Shown here: one piece after another, positions 53,278 through 61,976 of the stretch | Numbering within the stretch: the stretch's first letter is position 1 | Layout: every line of letters begins with the position of its first letter | Source: a virus | DNA length: 64,000 nucleotides | Direction: 5' to 3' (one strand) | IMG/VR virus record: IMGVR_UViG_3300035698_026482 | Coordinates: 1 to 64,000 of that record | Program-made: the position numbers and the translations under genes | The notes under the pieces: model-generated | Told to the model about the DNA's origin: nothing | The model's database searches: none | The model's input: only the letters and a program-made list of their open reading frames with translations

Positions 53278-54869
53278 GCATTCCCTTGTAATTCGAATCG
53301 TGCATTAGGACAGCCATAAATTTTAACAAGACCTCGAGCTGCGGCAACAGCCGCTTGCGACAATCCTTGTGTCTTATCTGCAGTAACGTATAATCGCGGA
53401 TATCTGTTTACAAAATCTGTCCACCAAAATCTAGAGCTTGTTAGACCGGTGTAGGTAAATCCAATATTACTATACCCGACACCTAAGCCTATTCGACGAT
53501 CTGCATAAGTCATAATAGATTTTGTATTATCGATATCGTTTCTTGCGTGCTTTAAAAGCTTTGACAATCCGCCGATAACGTATAGATTAAGTGACGTAGC
53601 ATATCGCGCTATTTCCAAGAAATTCTTTTTGTGCGTCTTTGAAATCGGTGTTCGTAACGAAAGCGCAGCAACAATTTCATTGTCATGAATTAAGGCATAT
53701 GCAGCCTTCGCGTTTCCAGTATCACCATCTAAGTGCGTCGAATTAAAAAATGTCTGGCGTTGGGCGCGCGTAAGTTTCTCGATTCGACATTTTCGTGCAT
53801 AAATTTTTGTGCAATCAACCTTTAGACGATTTCTGATCATCGATTTAACAATCTGTTGTTTGTCACGCCACTCGTCTTCAAAGATATGAAACAGGGGTAA
53901 GTCAATTGCTTCACACAACTGCGTTTTATCCCAATGCGCATCATTATTCGTTAATATTTCTTCAGAATGCCAATATAACCCATTAAATTCAATTGCTAAC
54001 GTATTCGGCACAAGTATATCGATTTCTTTAGGTGCTATTGTATTTCTATCGTTTAATATAGCGTCAGGCCTGAGGGCTTTTACGAAGTCATATACTTCCC
54101 TCTCTGATTTCCACTTTGGCATGCATGAAGGGCAATACTGGCGCCGAAGCATGTATTTGTATGTCCGCTCAAATGTTGTATCACATGTCGTGCATTTAAA
54201 TGTCGCTCGTGAATTCACGCCTGCGTATTCGTCAATTGACGAATATAATTCGAATCCTTTCATTTCAGCACATCGTTCAGCAACGACGTTTTTATCAAGC
54301 ATTTGCGACGCGCTTATTTTCGCTGCGCCAATGATCAGTCCGGGTGTATCGTCTTTTGTCTTATTACGATTCCACGGGACAGTTGTTCCATCAGCAAAAT
54401 TAGCCAGTTTTGTTTCTGACATTTGCTTTATTGATGCGCTCGTATCTTTTGTTAGTCCATTTTGCCATGGAACTAGTCTGCCTTCTGCGTATCCGCGCTG
54501 CAATGTCTCTGCAGTTTTCTTTGCGATGGCCCTAACTCTGCTATCTTGCTTTGTTAAACCCTTATTCCACGAGCCATGTATTTTACGATGCTTTGCCGAT
54601 GCTAGCGTCGCTGCTTTTCGAGCCTTGTCGCTGAATCCATTATGACCAACAACAAACTTTGAAAATGCACGATTATCATCTGTCCAGCGTTGTGCCAATG
54701 ATACAGTTTCGCCGCAGCCGCATGAACATGTGGGAACCTCACCATTATGCAACATATCTGCGAAAATTTTCGACCTAGATACATCGCGATGCGCTTTCGT
54801 GATATGACAGGCCATACCGCGCCGCGTTTTTACGATTGCGCAAATAGGGCACTTGTAATCGACTGGCAT
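53268..54869 (-). CDS. Putative homing endonuclease (same family as 5625-7247), inserted in array B
   Basis: CPIC..H, CSCGCG, WNKGLTK repeats, DRNTIAPKEIDI...AIEFNGLYWHS, YARKC, EIARY. Confidence 0.75.
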   Translation of the reverse strand: MPVDYKCPICAIVKTRRGMACHITKAHRDVSRSKIFADMLHNGEVPTCSCGCGETVSLAQRWTDDNRAFSKFVVGHNGFSDKARKAATLASAKHRKIHGSWNKGLTKQDSRVRAIAKKTAETLQRGYAEGRLVPWQNGLTKDTSASIKQMSETKLANFADGTTVPWNRNKTKDDTPGLIIGAAKISASQMLDKNVVAERCAEMKGFELYSSIDEYAGVNSRATFKCTTCDTTFERTYKYMLRRQYCPSCMPKWKSEREVYDFVKALRPDAILNDRNTIAPKEIDILVPNTLAIEFNGLYWHSEEILTNNDAHWDKTQLCEAIDLPLFHIFEDEWRDKQQIVKSMIRNRLKVDCTKIYARKCRIEKLTRAQRQTFFNSTHLDGDTGNAKAAYALIHDNEIVAALSLRTPISKTHKKNFLEIARYATSLNLYVIGGLSKLLKHARNDIDNTKSIMTYADRRIGLGVGYSNIGFTYTGLTSSRFWWTDFVNRYPRLYVTADKTQGLSQAAVAAARGLVKIYGCPNARFELQGNACL

Positions 54870-54894
54870 CTTACATATTATACATATGTTAGAT
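54868..54894 (-). promoter_or_regulatory. Hairpin overlapping the endonuclease start codon, containing TATAAT
   Basis: ATCTAACATAT-GTATA-ATATGTAAGAT|G, an 11-bp stem with 1 mismatch. Confidence 0.6.
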
Positions 54895-54917
54895 CAATAT
54901 GTTTGGTCCAGCCTGCA

Positions 54918-55151
54918 CTATTGTTTAGCAATGCCGAGACGACGGGATGAGAAAACATCGTATTCCCAATATCCCAGTATGCCTCCCGATGTTGAATATT
55001 CATGCGCGGTTGGCCACGTATCAATGAAATGGTCAAGTGGGAGGGCCCAGTGGTTATAATTCGTTAATATTAACATCCTGGATTGTGCCCAATCAGATAA
55101 AGTCACGTCGTCGAGGGCACCAATATGCGTTGCATTCTGCTTTAGTATCAT
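54918..55151 (-). CDS. FSSR-motif microprotein (first gene of array B)
   Basis: 77 aa from MILKQNA; ends VFSSRRLGIAKQ*; starts just downstream of the tube-gene terminator. Confidence 0.75.
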   Translation of the reverse strand: MILKQNATHIGALDDVTLSDWAQSRMLILTNYNHWALPLDHFIDTWPTAHEYSTSGGILGYWEYDVFSSRRLGIAKQ

Positions 55152-55163
55152 AAGCGTTGGCGG

Positions 55164-55205
55164 GACAAAAGAAATCCCCTTACACTGTATTACAGCGAAG
55201 GGGAT
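55164..55205 (-). terminator. Rho-independent terminator after the tail tube gene
   Basis: ATCCCCTT-CGCTGT-AAT-ACAGTG-T-AAGGGGAT followed by TTCTTTTG. Confidence 0.75.
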
Positions 55206-55225
55206 AATGTTCAGTCTTGATACTG

Positions 55226-55245
55226 CAGCCACTTATAAGTGGCTG
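55226..55245. repeat. Perfect 20-bp palindrome
   Basis: CAGCCACTTATAAGTGGCTG, just past the tube stop codon. Confidence 0.9.
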
Positions 55246-55254
55246 TTATTGTTA

Positions 55255-55743
55255 TTAGTACTGCTGGATGGCGTTGTCAAAGCGTAGGGTCAAGGCGATT
55301 TCACAGGCGTCTGGGGCGCTGTAGTCAAGGTCATTGAAGTTTGCGTCCGTGATGAACACACCTTTCAGATCCCATAGCTGCACAACAGTACCGATAGGGT
55401 CAAGCATCTTAATCTGGCAATCACGCTTGTAAAAATCGGCGTAGCCAGCGCGCCCCGAAACAGACTCATGGTGAACGCGAATCCACTCCATGACCTGTTG
55501 CGCGCCAGACGGTGCGATCGGATCATAAAGAGTAACCGACATTGGTTGAAACTCGTTCTTACCTGCAAGGTAACGAATGCTATTAAGCCAATCTATTTTC
55601 ACTTCGCCTTGAGCCATTTGCGGGCGCGCAGCTGTCTTCATAAGATATGCGTCAATACCTTCAATGTTAAAAAGCCATCGATGTTTGCGCAGTGGCTCAA
55701 ACCGATTGGGGATCATCGTTGCGACATCTAATGTTTCTGCCAT
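55255..55743 (-). CDS. Tail tube protein (T4 gp19-like)
   Basis: MAETL..FEP.RKHRW, LYDPIAPSGAQQVMEWIR, GYADFYKRD, WDLKG.F...F..LDY, LTLRFD. Confidence 0.88.
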   Translation of the reverse strand: MAETLDVATMIPNRFEPLRKHRWLFNIEGIDAYLMKTAARPQMAQGEVKIDWLNSIRYLAGKNEFQPMSVTLYDPIAPSGAQQVMEWIRVHHESVSGRAGYADFYKRDCQIKMLDPIGTVVQLWDLKGVFITDANFNDLDYSAPDACEIALTLRFDNAIQQY

Positions 55744-55791
55744 GATGCATATAACTATTAAATCACCGCAACTCTCAAAGTACAATTTGTT

Positions 55792-55820
55792 GCATAAGCT
55801 ATATATTATAGTTAGTATGC
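55792..55820 (+). promoter_or_regulatory. Hairpin covering the start codon of the plus-strand endonuclease, with an ATAGTTAG motif
   Basis: GCATA-AGCTATA-TAT-TATAGTT-AG-TATGC; ATG at 55817. Confidence 0.6.
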
Positions 55821-57442
55821 GCTCAAGTGGCACGAAAAATAATATAGCTGTTTGCCCGTTCTGCGAGTACTCATCAGGTCTATTATCGAAGTTCGAACAA
55901 CATTTATCTCGTGAACATGACACGTCATCAAAGGAATGTTGGGATCAACAAAACGGCGGGCCGGTCAAATGTGGATGTGGGTGTGACAAAGAAACAAAAT
56001 GGTTAAACTGGCACAAGGGATATTCAGAATCTTTTAAGGGTCACTGGAAGCGTGGCAAAACAAAAGAAAGTGATGCGCGTGTTGCTAGCGCCGCTGCGGG
56101 TATCAAAAAAGGCTTTGATGAAGGTAGGATTCCGTGGTCAAAGGGACTAACCAAGAAAACAGATGATCGTATTGCGAAAATGGCAAAGGCGACCAGCGAT
56201 GGTCTTAAGCGTGCATACGCAACAAAACGTCTAAAATCATGGTCAAAGGGTAAGTCTAGGGGCACACACCCCAGTCTGCAAAAAACCTCTACGACCCTAA
56301 GAAAAACATATGCAAATGGAGATCGTGTGCCTTGGGCAAAGGGTCTAACAAAAGATACAGACGATAGGATCGCAGCTCTCGCATCAAGAAACAGGCTTGA
56401 CATTGATAATATTAAGCAACGCATTGAGACGCCAGGTCTATATCAGCTATTAACAAAGCTTGATGATTATGAATCAACGTCAGACATTGTAGACATAATT
56501 TGTACAACGTGTAATTCGGTCGCGTCGAATAAAATTGGTGTGTTCATTCATGGAAATTCGCAACCAAATTGTCAAACGTGTGCACCAACAGGATCATCTA
56601 TTCCTGAACGTGAGCTAGCTGACTTTATCGAATTCGAATTGGGCGTGTCAATTTCTAGAAATGATCAGACCGTTATTAATCCCTACGAACTAGATGTGTA
56701 TGTGTCACAAAGTAACTTCGCCATTGAGTTCAACGGACTATATTGGCATAATTCAGCAAATAAACCAAGCAAAACGACGCATTCGCATAAGACAAAGCTT
56801 TGTAATCTTAGGGGAATAAAGCTGTTACACGTATTCGGTGATGAGTGGCGAGATCGTACAGAAATTGTTAAGTCTATTATTCGTGCAAAATTAGGTGCAG
56901 GCATGTCGCGCATCGACGCAAGAAAGTGTGTAATTCGCGATGTTATGTTACCCGAGCGTAGGGTGTTCTTTAACGATAATCATATTGACGGCGATACCAA
57001 TGCATCATTTGCGCTTGGTCTTTATCACGGTGATGTACTTGTACAATGTATTTCTATTCGCCGACCCATGCAACAAAAATATAGAACAGCGAAGCTACTT
57101 GAAAACGCCCGCAGTTGCTCTATACTGAACACATATGTTCGAGGGGGATTAAGCCGTTTAAGCAAAGTCGCATTGACTCGCGCCAAGGGTATGGGATACA
57201 GCGGACTTATGACCTATACCGACGAACGTCTAGGTAATGATATGGCGTATCAAAGTTCAGGATGGCAGTATACCGATAGAACTAACGATGTACGTTTCTG
57301 GTGGACAGACAATACACGTAGATATCAACGTATGCAATTTAAGGCTGATAAAAAAAGAGGCCTCTCTGAACGTCAAGTTGCAGAAGAGGCCGGTGTTGTG
57401 AAGATCTACGGTTGTTATAACAAGATCTATGTGATTAGATAA
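55817..57442 (+). CDS. Putative homing endonuclease (same family as 5625-7247), divergent from the tube gene
   Basis: CPFC..H, CGCGC, PWSKGLTK repeats, DQTVINPYELDV...AIEFNGLYWH, DARKC, ENARSC. Confidence 0.75.
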   Translation: MRSSGTKNNIAVCPFCEYSSGLLSKFEQHLSREHDTSSKECWDQQNGGPVKCGCGCDKETKWLNWHKGYSESFKGHWKRGKTKESDARVASAAAGIKKGFDEGRIPWSKGLTKKTDDRIAKMAKATSDGLKRAYATKRLKSWSKGKSRGTHPSLQKTSTTLRKTYANGDRVPWAKGLTKDTDDRIAALASRNRLDIDNIKQRIETPGLYQLLTKLDDYESTSDIVDIICTTCNSVASNKIGVFIHGNSQPNCQTCAPTGSSIPERELADFIEFELGVSISRNDQTVINPYELDVYVSQSNFAIEFNGLYWHNSANKPSKTTHSHKTKLCNLRGIKLLHVFGDEWRDRTEIVKSIIRAKLGAGMSRIDARKCVIRDVMLPERRVFFNDNHIDGDTNASFALGLYHGDVLVQCISIRRPMQQKYRTAKLLENARSCSILNTYVRGGLSRLSKVALTRAKGMGYSGLMTYTDERLGNDMAYQSSGWQYTDRTNDVRFWWTDNTRRYQRMQFKADKKRGLSERQVAEEAGVVKIYGCYNKIYVIR

Positions 57443-57446
57443 CGTT

Positions 57447-57710
57447 TTATCCGATTAGCCATTGTCTTCCGTCCCAATGCAACGAAGGGTATCTTGGGTG
57501 GCGACCTTCGTAGCCAGTCTGTGTGATTATCCAATCATAAACATCGGGCTCTTCAGAGTCCCATCCCCGCATGTTAATCAGCTCGTTCCAAGCGCGTTTA
57601 TCGTGCTGAAGAATGTCGTAGTCATCTTCACGAGCGGTCGGCGGATCGTGAATCTCCTTAAGAAGCTCTTCGCGAATAATACGTCGTATTACTGATTTTT
57701 TGGTTCGCAT
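57447..57710 (-). CDS. IIREE-motif protein (candidate internal head protein)
   Basis: MRTKKSVIRRIIREELLKE. Confidence 0.7.
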   Translation of the reverse strand: MRTKKSVIRRIIREELLKEIHDPPTAREDDYDILQHDKRAWNELINMRGWDSEEPDVYDWIITQTGYEGRHPRYPSLHWDGRQWLIG

Positions 57711-57714
57711 TTTC

Positions 57715-57924
57715 TTACTTCTCAGTTACAAGGCCACTTCTAACGCGAAGCAATGGATTACCCTTGACCCACCATTGAACAGCCTTAACATGATCTTCGC
57801 CTGGCTCGTCGCCCAACGCTGAAGTCAGCTTAGAAGCAACATCGTCAATTGAGTTACCGACCACACCAATCTTGCGACCATTGGCTTGTGTATCAAGCAA
57901 TTTATTTGCCGCTGCCGACGGCAC
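57715..57924 (-). CDS. Hypothetical protein
   Basis: 69-aa ORF. Confidence 0.55.
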   Translation of the reverse strand: MPSAAANKLLDTQANGRKIGVVGNSIDDVASKLTSALGDEPGEDHVKAVQWWVKGNPLLRVRSGLVTEK

Positions 57925-58276
57925 GTGAACCCATCTCTCTGATCAACTCTTCACGAACAATACTTCTAATGCGCGATTTTTTTAATTGTGTCTTTTTAGG
58001 GGTACGTTTACCGAGGCGTCGCCTACGTGATTCATTGAGATCATCAGCGTCTTCATCCTCATCTGCCTCATCACCTTCTTCAAATTCTTCGTACATTTCA
58101 TCAATTGCACGCTGCCTTTGTTCATCGGCACGATTATTGTGACGAGTGAGATCGCCTGCGACAATATCTTGGACTTCCTCGAGGTTGAACTCGATACCCA
58201 TAATTTCGTCACGGGATTCCTGCAAAAGCTTTCGAATAACCTTTCGAAACGGGACTGTAATTTCTTTTTTCTTCAT
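57902..58276 (-). CDS. Acidic IIREE-motif protein
   Basis: FRKVIRKLLQE and IRSIVREELIRE. Confidence 0.7.
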   Translation of the reverse strand: MKKKEITVPFRKVIRKLLQESRDEIMGIEFNLEEVQDIVAGDLTRHNNRADEQRQRAIDEMYEEFEEGDEADEDEDADDLNESRRRRLGKRTPKKTQLKKSRIRSIVREELIREMGSRAVGSGK

Positions 58277-58554
58277 GATAACGCTTCCATTATAGCGGTG
58301 GTCAGGGTTTCAGCTTGACGTTCTAGCCCCTTGTTAATTACATTAACCATTCTTGTTTGGGCTTCGGGCTCACGTTTGGCCCCATTATATGCATTGACAC
58401 AACGATGTGCAATATCAGCAACAAGCGCGTCAACGTCTAACGATCCCCATATCGCATTCGATATTGTTTGGACGTCGTCAGTCGAGAGTGTTTTGTTATA
58501 CACCTCTTTAAGTTCTTGCCGAATTGTGGCACGTAGTCGTTGCTCATCGATCAT
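58273..58554 (-). CDS. IIREE-like protein
   Basis: MIDEQRLRATIRQELKE. Confidence 0.7.
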   Translation of the reverse strand: MIDEQRLRATIRQELKEVYNKTLSTDDVQTISNAIWGSLDVDALVADIAHRCVNAYNGAKREPEAQTRMVNVINKGLERQAETLTTAIMEALS

Positions 58555-59984
58555 GCAAATTCCCACTCGCCGTCGACAGACATTTCACCCACTTGAGGCC
58601 TGATCTTTAGACCAACATTTCCGTAGTTTTTTGCGGCCTTTACAATATCTTTAAATGCGTACGGGATTGCCTTAATATCTACTTCATCAAAAGGCTGCCC
58701 GTCAGGACGTCTAATGTTAACAGGCACCTGGACATACAGGTCATATTCAGTTCCTTCCATCCATTGATCAGGGGTGATCCATGGGCGGTTAGAAAGATCC
58801 TCCCCATGAGGTGCATCCTCAGGCTGCCAGCGATCGCGGCGCGATCGACCTGCCCAGATGTTGTCCATCATATACTCGCCCGTTTCGGGATCTTTGTCTG
58901 CAATCAATTCTAAAAGATCGACCTCATCATGGCGATAACCTTCGTGCACACGCTCCCACATATTTCCATCAGGTGACCACACGTCAGGTTCCGCATATTC
59001 GTCATAGTCATCCTCGAATCGAGGGTCGACATACAGATCTTCGTTATTTTCAATGGCTGCAATTGCATCGCCAACAGACATGCCTGCGTGAACCATTTCA
59101 ATTTCATCATCATCCGCATCTAGAATATAGATGTCGTTTTGAAGTTCGTCTGTTTCATTGTAGCCGCCAAGAAAGTTAATGGCATCATCATAAGACATTT
59201 CGTCTGGGTTATTAATGATGCCCTCGTGAACACGACCTTCTGTACGTCGATTGAATTTTAATTCACGTGGACGACCTCGTTGACCCATACTTGAGCCTCT
59301 AGGTAATTTTTCTGCTGGGTGAACTTCTGTGTCCCTAGGCAAACCCTTACTTCGTTTGTAATCCTGAAACTCGTATGTTTCTATATCTGCAAGGTGTTTT
59401 TCATCAGGATCTTCACGCTCAAATGCTGCGTCTTGGCTTGCGTATAGCTCATCCAGCGCTGCTTCAATTTCTTCGATTGGCGCGTCCTTATAATCATGCC
59501 AAATCCATGTAGGCTTAACGCCTTCCAATTCTTTGTATGTGTCAGAATAGATGCTAAGCAATTCGCTTCTGCGTTCATCATCTGATGGCACCTCTGTCGC
59601 GGGCGACATTTGCATTTCTTCAAGACCAGTTGTCTTGTTTGTCAATTTATCCGGCGTTTGATTGATTTCAACGTGACCTGATTCATTTAACGTCTGTTGT
59701 TGAAAATCCTTTGTCTCGTCGAGATATTCACCATCGACTAATTCTTGATGAACAACGCCTCTAATATTAGCGTCAGTTGAATCAAGCGACGCAGTATCCT
59801 GTCCACGACCAACGCTAAGCGTATCTGCAACAACGTTCAAAACAAAATCTATAACGGCAGCAGAATCGTCGCCCTGCGTTGCTTGTGGCATTACATCCCA
59901 CATCGCAAGCTCGTTTTGCTCCAGCCATTTAAGATATTTCTTTACAGCCCCGCGGACTGCACCTGCATCAACTTCTGTCTTCAA
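58551..59984 (-). CDS. Highly acidic 477-aa protein (candidate internal head protein)
   Basis: D/E-rich, with repeated LNE / VHE|G sites. Confidence 0.7.
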   Translation of the reverse strand: MKTEVDAGAVRGAVKKYLKWLEQNELAMWDVMPQATQGDDSAAVIDFVLNVVADTLSVGRGQDTASLDSTDANIRGVVHQELVDGEYLDETKDFQQQTLNESGHVEINQTPDKLTNKTTGLEEMQMSPATEVPSDDERRSELLSIYSDTYKELEGVKPTWIWHDYKDAPIEEIEAALDELYASQDAAFEREDPDEKHLADIETYEFQDYKRSKGLPRDTEVHPAEKLPRGSSMGQRGRPRELKFNRRTEGRVHEGIINNPDEMSYDDAINFLGGYNETDELQNDIYILDADDDEIEMVHAGMSVGDAIAAIENNEDLYVDPRFEDDYDEYAEPDVWSPDGNMWERVHEGYRHDEVDLLELIADKDPETGEYMMDNIWAGRSRRDRWQPEDAPHGEDLSNRPWITPDQWMEGTEYDLYVQVPVNIRRPDGQPFDEVDIKAIPYAFKDIVKAAKNYGNVGLKIRPQVGEMSVDGEWEFA

Positions 59985-60697
59985 TTGATATGATCCCTTG
60001 CATATTCCACTTGTTTCATTAGATCACGAACTTTTTTAATCAGATCTTCAAGCATTTTATGCGATTGCTTAAAATTTACGTCCTGAGCTTCGAATTGCGC
60101 TGATCCCAGCTTAGTCTCAGCCTTGCCTAGTGATACCCAAACATTATCAAGCTGACCACGAATGGCATTATACTTGCTAATTCGCTGTTGTTTGAATTCT
60201 GCGTTGTCTTCGTCAAGCTCTTTTATCGTGCTTTCTTCGTCAGGCAAATCGTCATAACGAGTGTCCATACGCCCGGGTGTCTTAGACATTGCGTTACGTG
60301 ACGCAGCATACCCGCCTGACATCGTTTCTGTGACAGTGTTATTAGCGCGAAACTTTTTTAGGCTTGCCGCTGCTTCTTCGATAGGCTCGTCAACTTCGAA
60401 TTGTGCCTCGTAATCGCGATCATAATCTTCATCCTCTTTATCAAAGTCTGTAAGCATGTCGACATCGGGCTTTTCGCCTATAGGCAATTCATGAAATTCA
60501 TATGTTGCATCGCCATATGACAGCTCAGTATCATCAGCGTAACGATCTGCTTCATCTTCTGAATCAAACGGGCCAATGCCTTCTGCCGTGCCGTTATCAC
60601 TGATAAGAATTATCCACCATTGCATTCCTGCAATGCCTTCATGAAGCATGATTTCTTCACGAATTATTTGTTGAAGGCTTTTATTTGTAGCGTTCAT
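59981..60697 (-). CDS. Acidic IIREE-motif protein
   Basis: SLQQIIREEIMLHEG. Confidence 0.7.
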   Translation of the reverse strand: MNATNKSLQQIIREEIMLHEGIAGMQWWIILISDNGTAEGIGPFDSEDEADRYADDTELSYGDATYEFHELPIGEKPDVDMLTDFDKEDEDYDRDYEAQFEVDEPIEEAAASLKKFRANNTVTETMSGGYAASRNAMSKTPGRMDTRYDDLPDEESTIKELDEDNAEFKQQRISKYNAIRGQLDNVWVSLGKAETKLGSAQFEAQDVNFKQSHKMLEDLIKKVRDLMKQVEYARDHIN

Positions 60698-61143
60698 TTA
60701 AAGCTTCCTGCCTCTTTCCTCATGCCCATTCGATATAGGTTGGAACGAATTGCTTTTGTTTGCTTATCAGAAAGTGTTTTGCCGCGCATAACTTGATCAC
60801 GTACACTTTGAATAAAATCGTTTTCTTTTTCGGCCAATGCAAGATTTAAAATCTGTAATTGTGCTTGGTTAATGCTTGAAGCTGACTTAAGTCCACGTTC
60901 ACGATCATACTGTCCAGGCTTATCACGATATTGTCCACCGCCGCCGGATCGGGCCATATACGGTTTTGCACGTGAATATGTCAATGCTGCATCTTCAGGT
61001 GCATTACCTGTTGCGCGCCCAATATTACCTTCATCGTCCTTATACATCATTTGGCCTTTGCCATCACGATAAAAGTATACTTCCGATTCAGACAAAAGTT
61101 CTTCACGAATCATCTTGCGTAATTGTGATTCAGTGAGTCGCAT
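60694..61143 (-). CDS. IIREE-motif protein
   Basis: MRLTESQLRKMIREELLSE. Confidence 0.75.
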   Translation of the reverse strand: MRLTESQLRKMIREELLSESEVYFYRDGKGQMMYKDDEGNIGRATGNAPEDAALTYSRAKPYMARSGGGGQYRDKPGQYDRERGLKSASSINQAQLQILNLALAEKENDFIQSVRDQVMRGKTLSDKQTKAIRSNLYRMGMRKEAGSFK

Positions 61144-61149
61144 TACAGT

Positions 61150-61488
61150 CTATCCGTAAAAGCCTTCGCCGTGGCCTTGGGGCATATCATCGCCGTCATC
61201 GGCGCCCCTACTATCAGCTAGATCAAGGTAAAACTCTTCAGCACCAGACATAATACCTCTCATCGAATCAGCGTCGCCAGACATTTCGTCGGCCATATAA
61301 TCGACGTACCATTTAATCATAAAATCAGGCCCATCAGATTGATATGCATCACTGGGCATTTCACCTGAGTCATATAGTTGCTGCAAGTTTTCCATATGCC
61401 AATTTTCATCTGGTGTACTTGCGCTACCGATTTCGCGAAGAAGCTCTTCCCGAATGATTTTACGAATTAATGTTTCTGTGAGTTTCAT
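61150..61488 (-). CDS. Acidic IIREE-motif protein
   Basis: MKLTETLIRKIIREELLRE. Confidence 0.75.
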   Translation of the reverse strand: MKLTETLIRKIIREELLREIGSASTPDENWHMENLQQLYDSGEMPSDAYQSDGPDFMIKWYVDYMADEMSGDADSMRGIMSGAEEFYLDLADSRGADDGDDMPQGHGEGFYG

Positions 61489-61499
61489 AATAATCCCTT

Positions 61500-61976
61500 T
61501 TAGAAACTGGACTCAATCCAGTCTTCAACAGCGTCTTGTGCGACACGGTGGCCGGCTTCGTCGTCATCCATTAAATCAAGCGCACCTGAATCAATCATCA
61601 TATCAACGATTCGCGCAGGATTATCAAGTAACCCTTCATCTTCCAGATCATTTATAGTGAAATCCTCTCGATCAAGCCACAAAAATACCTGTTCGCCAAT
61701 TTGATCTGCGCTAGCACCAGATTCAGGCGCGCCCGAAGGCTCTGTAGCGTTGTCCATTTCACTTTGCATTGCTTCCAATGACGCGGCTAGGTCACCAAAT
61801 TTGCTTGCATATGGGTCACCACCTAAAAATGATACAGCGTCCCAGAGCTTATCGATTGCGTCAAGTAAACTTTCAGACGCAGCCACACGATCAGTACCAC
61901 CCTCAAGCGGTCCTTCAGAAATTTTTTCAAAAACCTCACGAAGAAGCCTTTGTTTTTGATGTTGTTGTAACTTCAT
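61500..61976 (-). CDS. Acidic protein with a related N-terminal motif
   Basis: MKLQQHQKQRLLREVFEKISEG. Confidence 0.7.
   Translation of the reverse strand: MKLQQHQKQRLLREVFEKISEGPLEGGTDRVAASESLLDAIDKLWDAVSFLGGDPYASKFGDLAASLEAMQSEMDNATEPSGAPESGASADQIGEQVFLWLDREDFTINDLEDEGLLDNPARIVDMMIDSGALDLMDDDEAGHRVAQDAVEDWIESSF

Noticed and set aside
55152-55232. N-terminal extension (GTG 55232) of the 54918 ORF
   Set aside because: It spans the tube-gene terminator; ATG 55151 is the more likely start.
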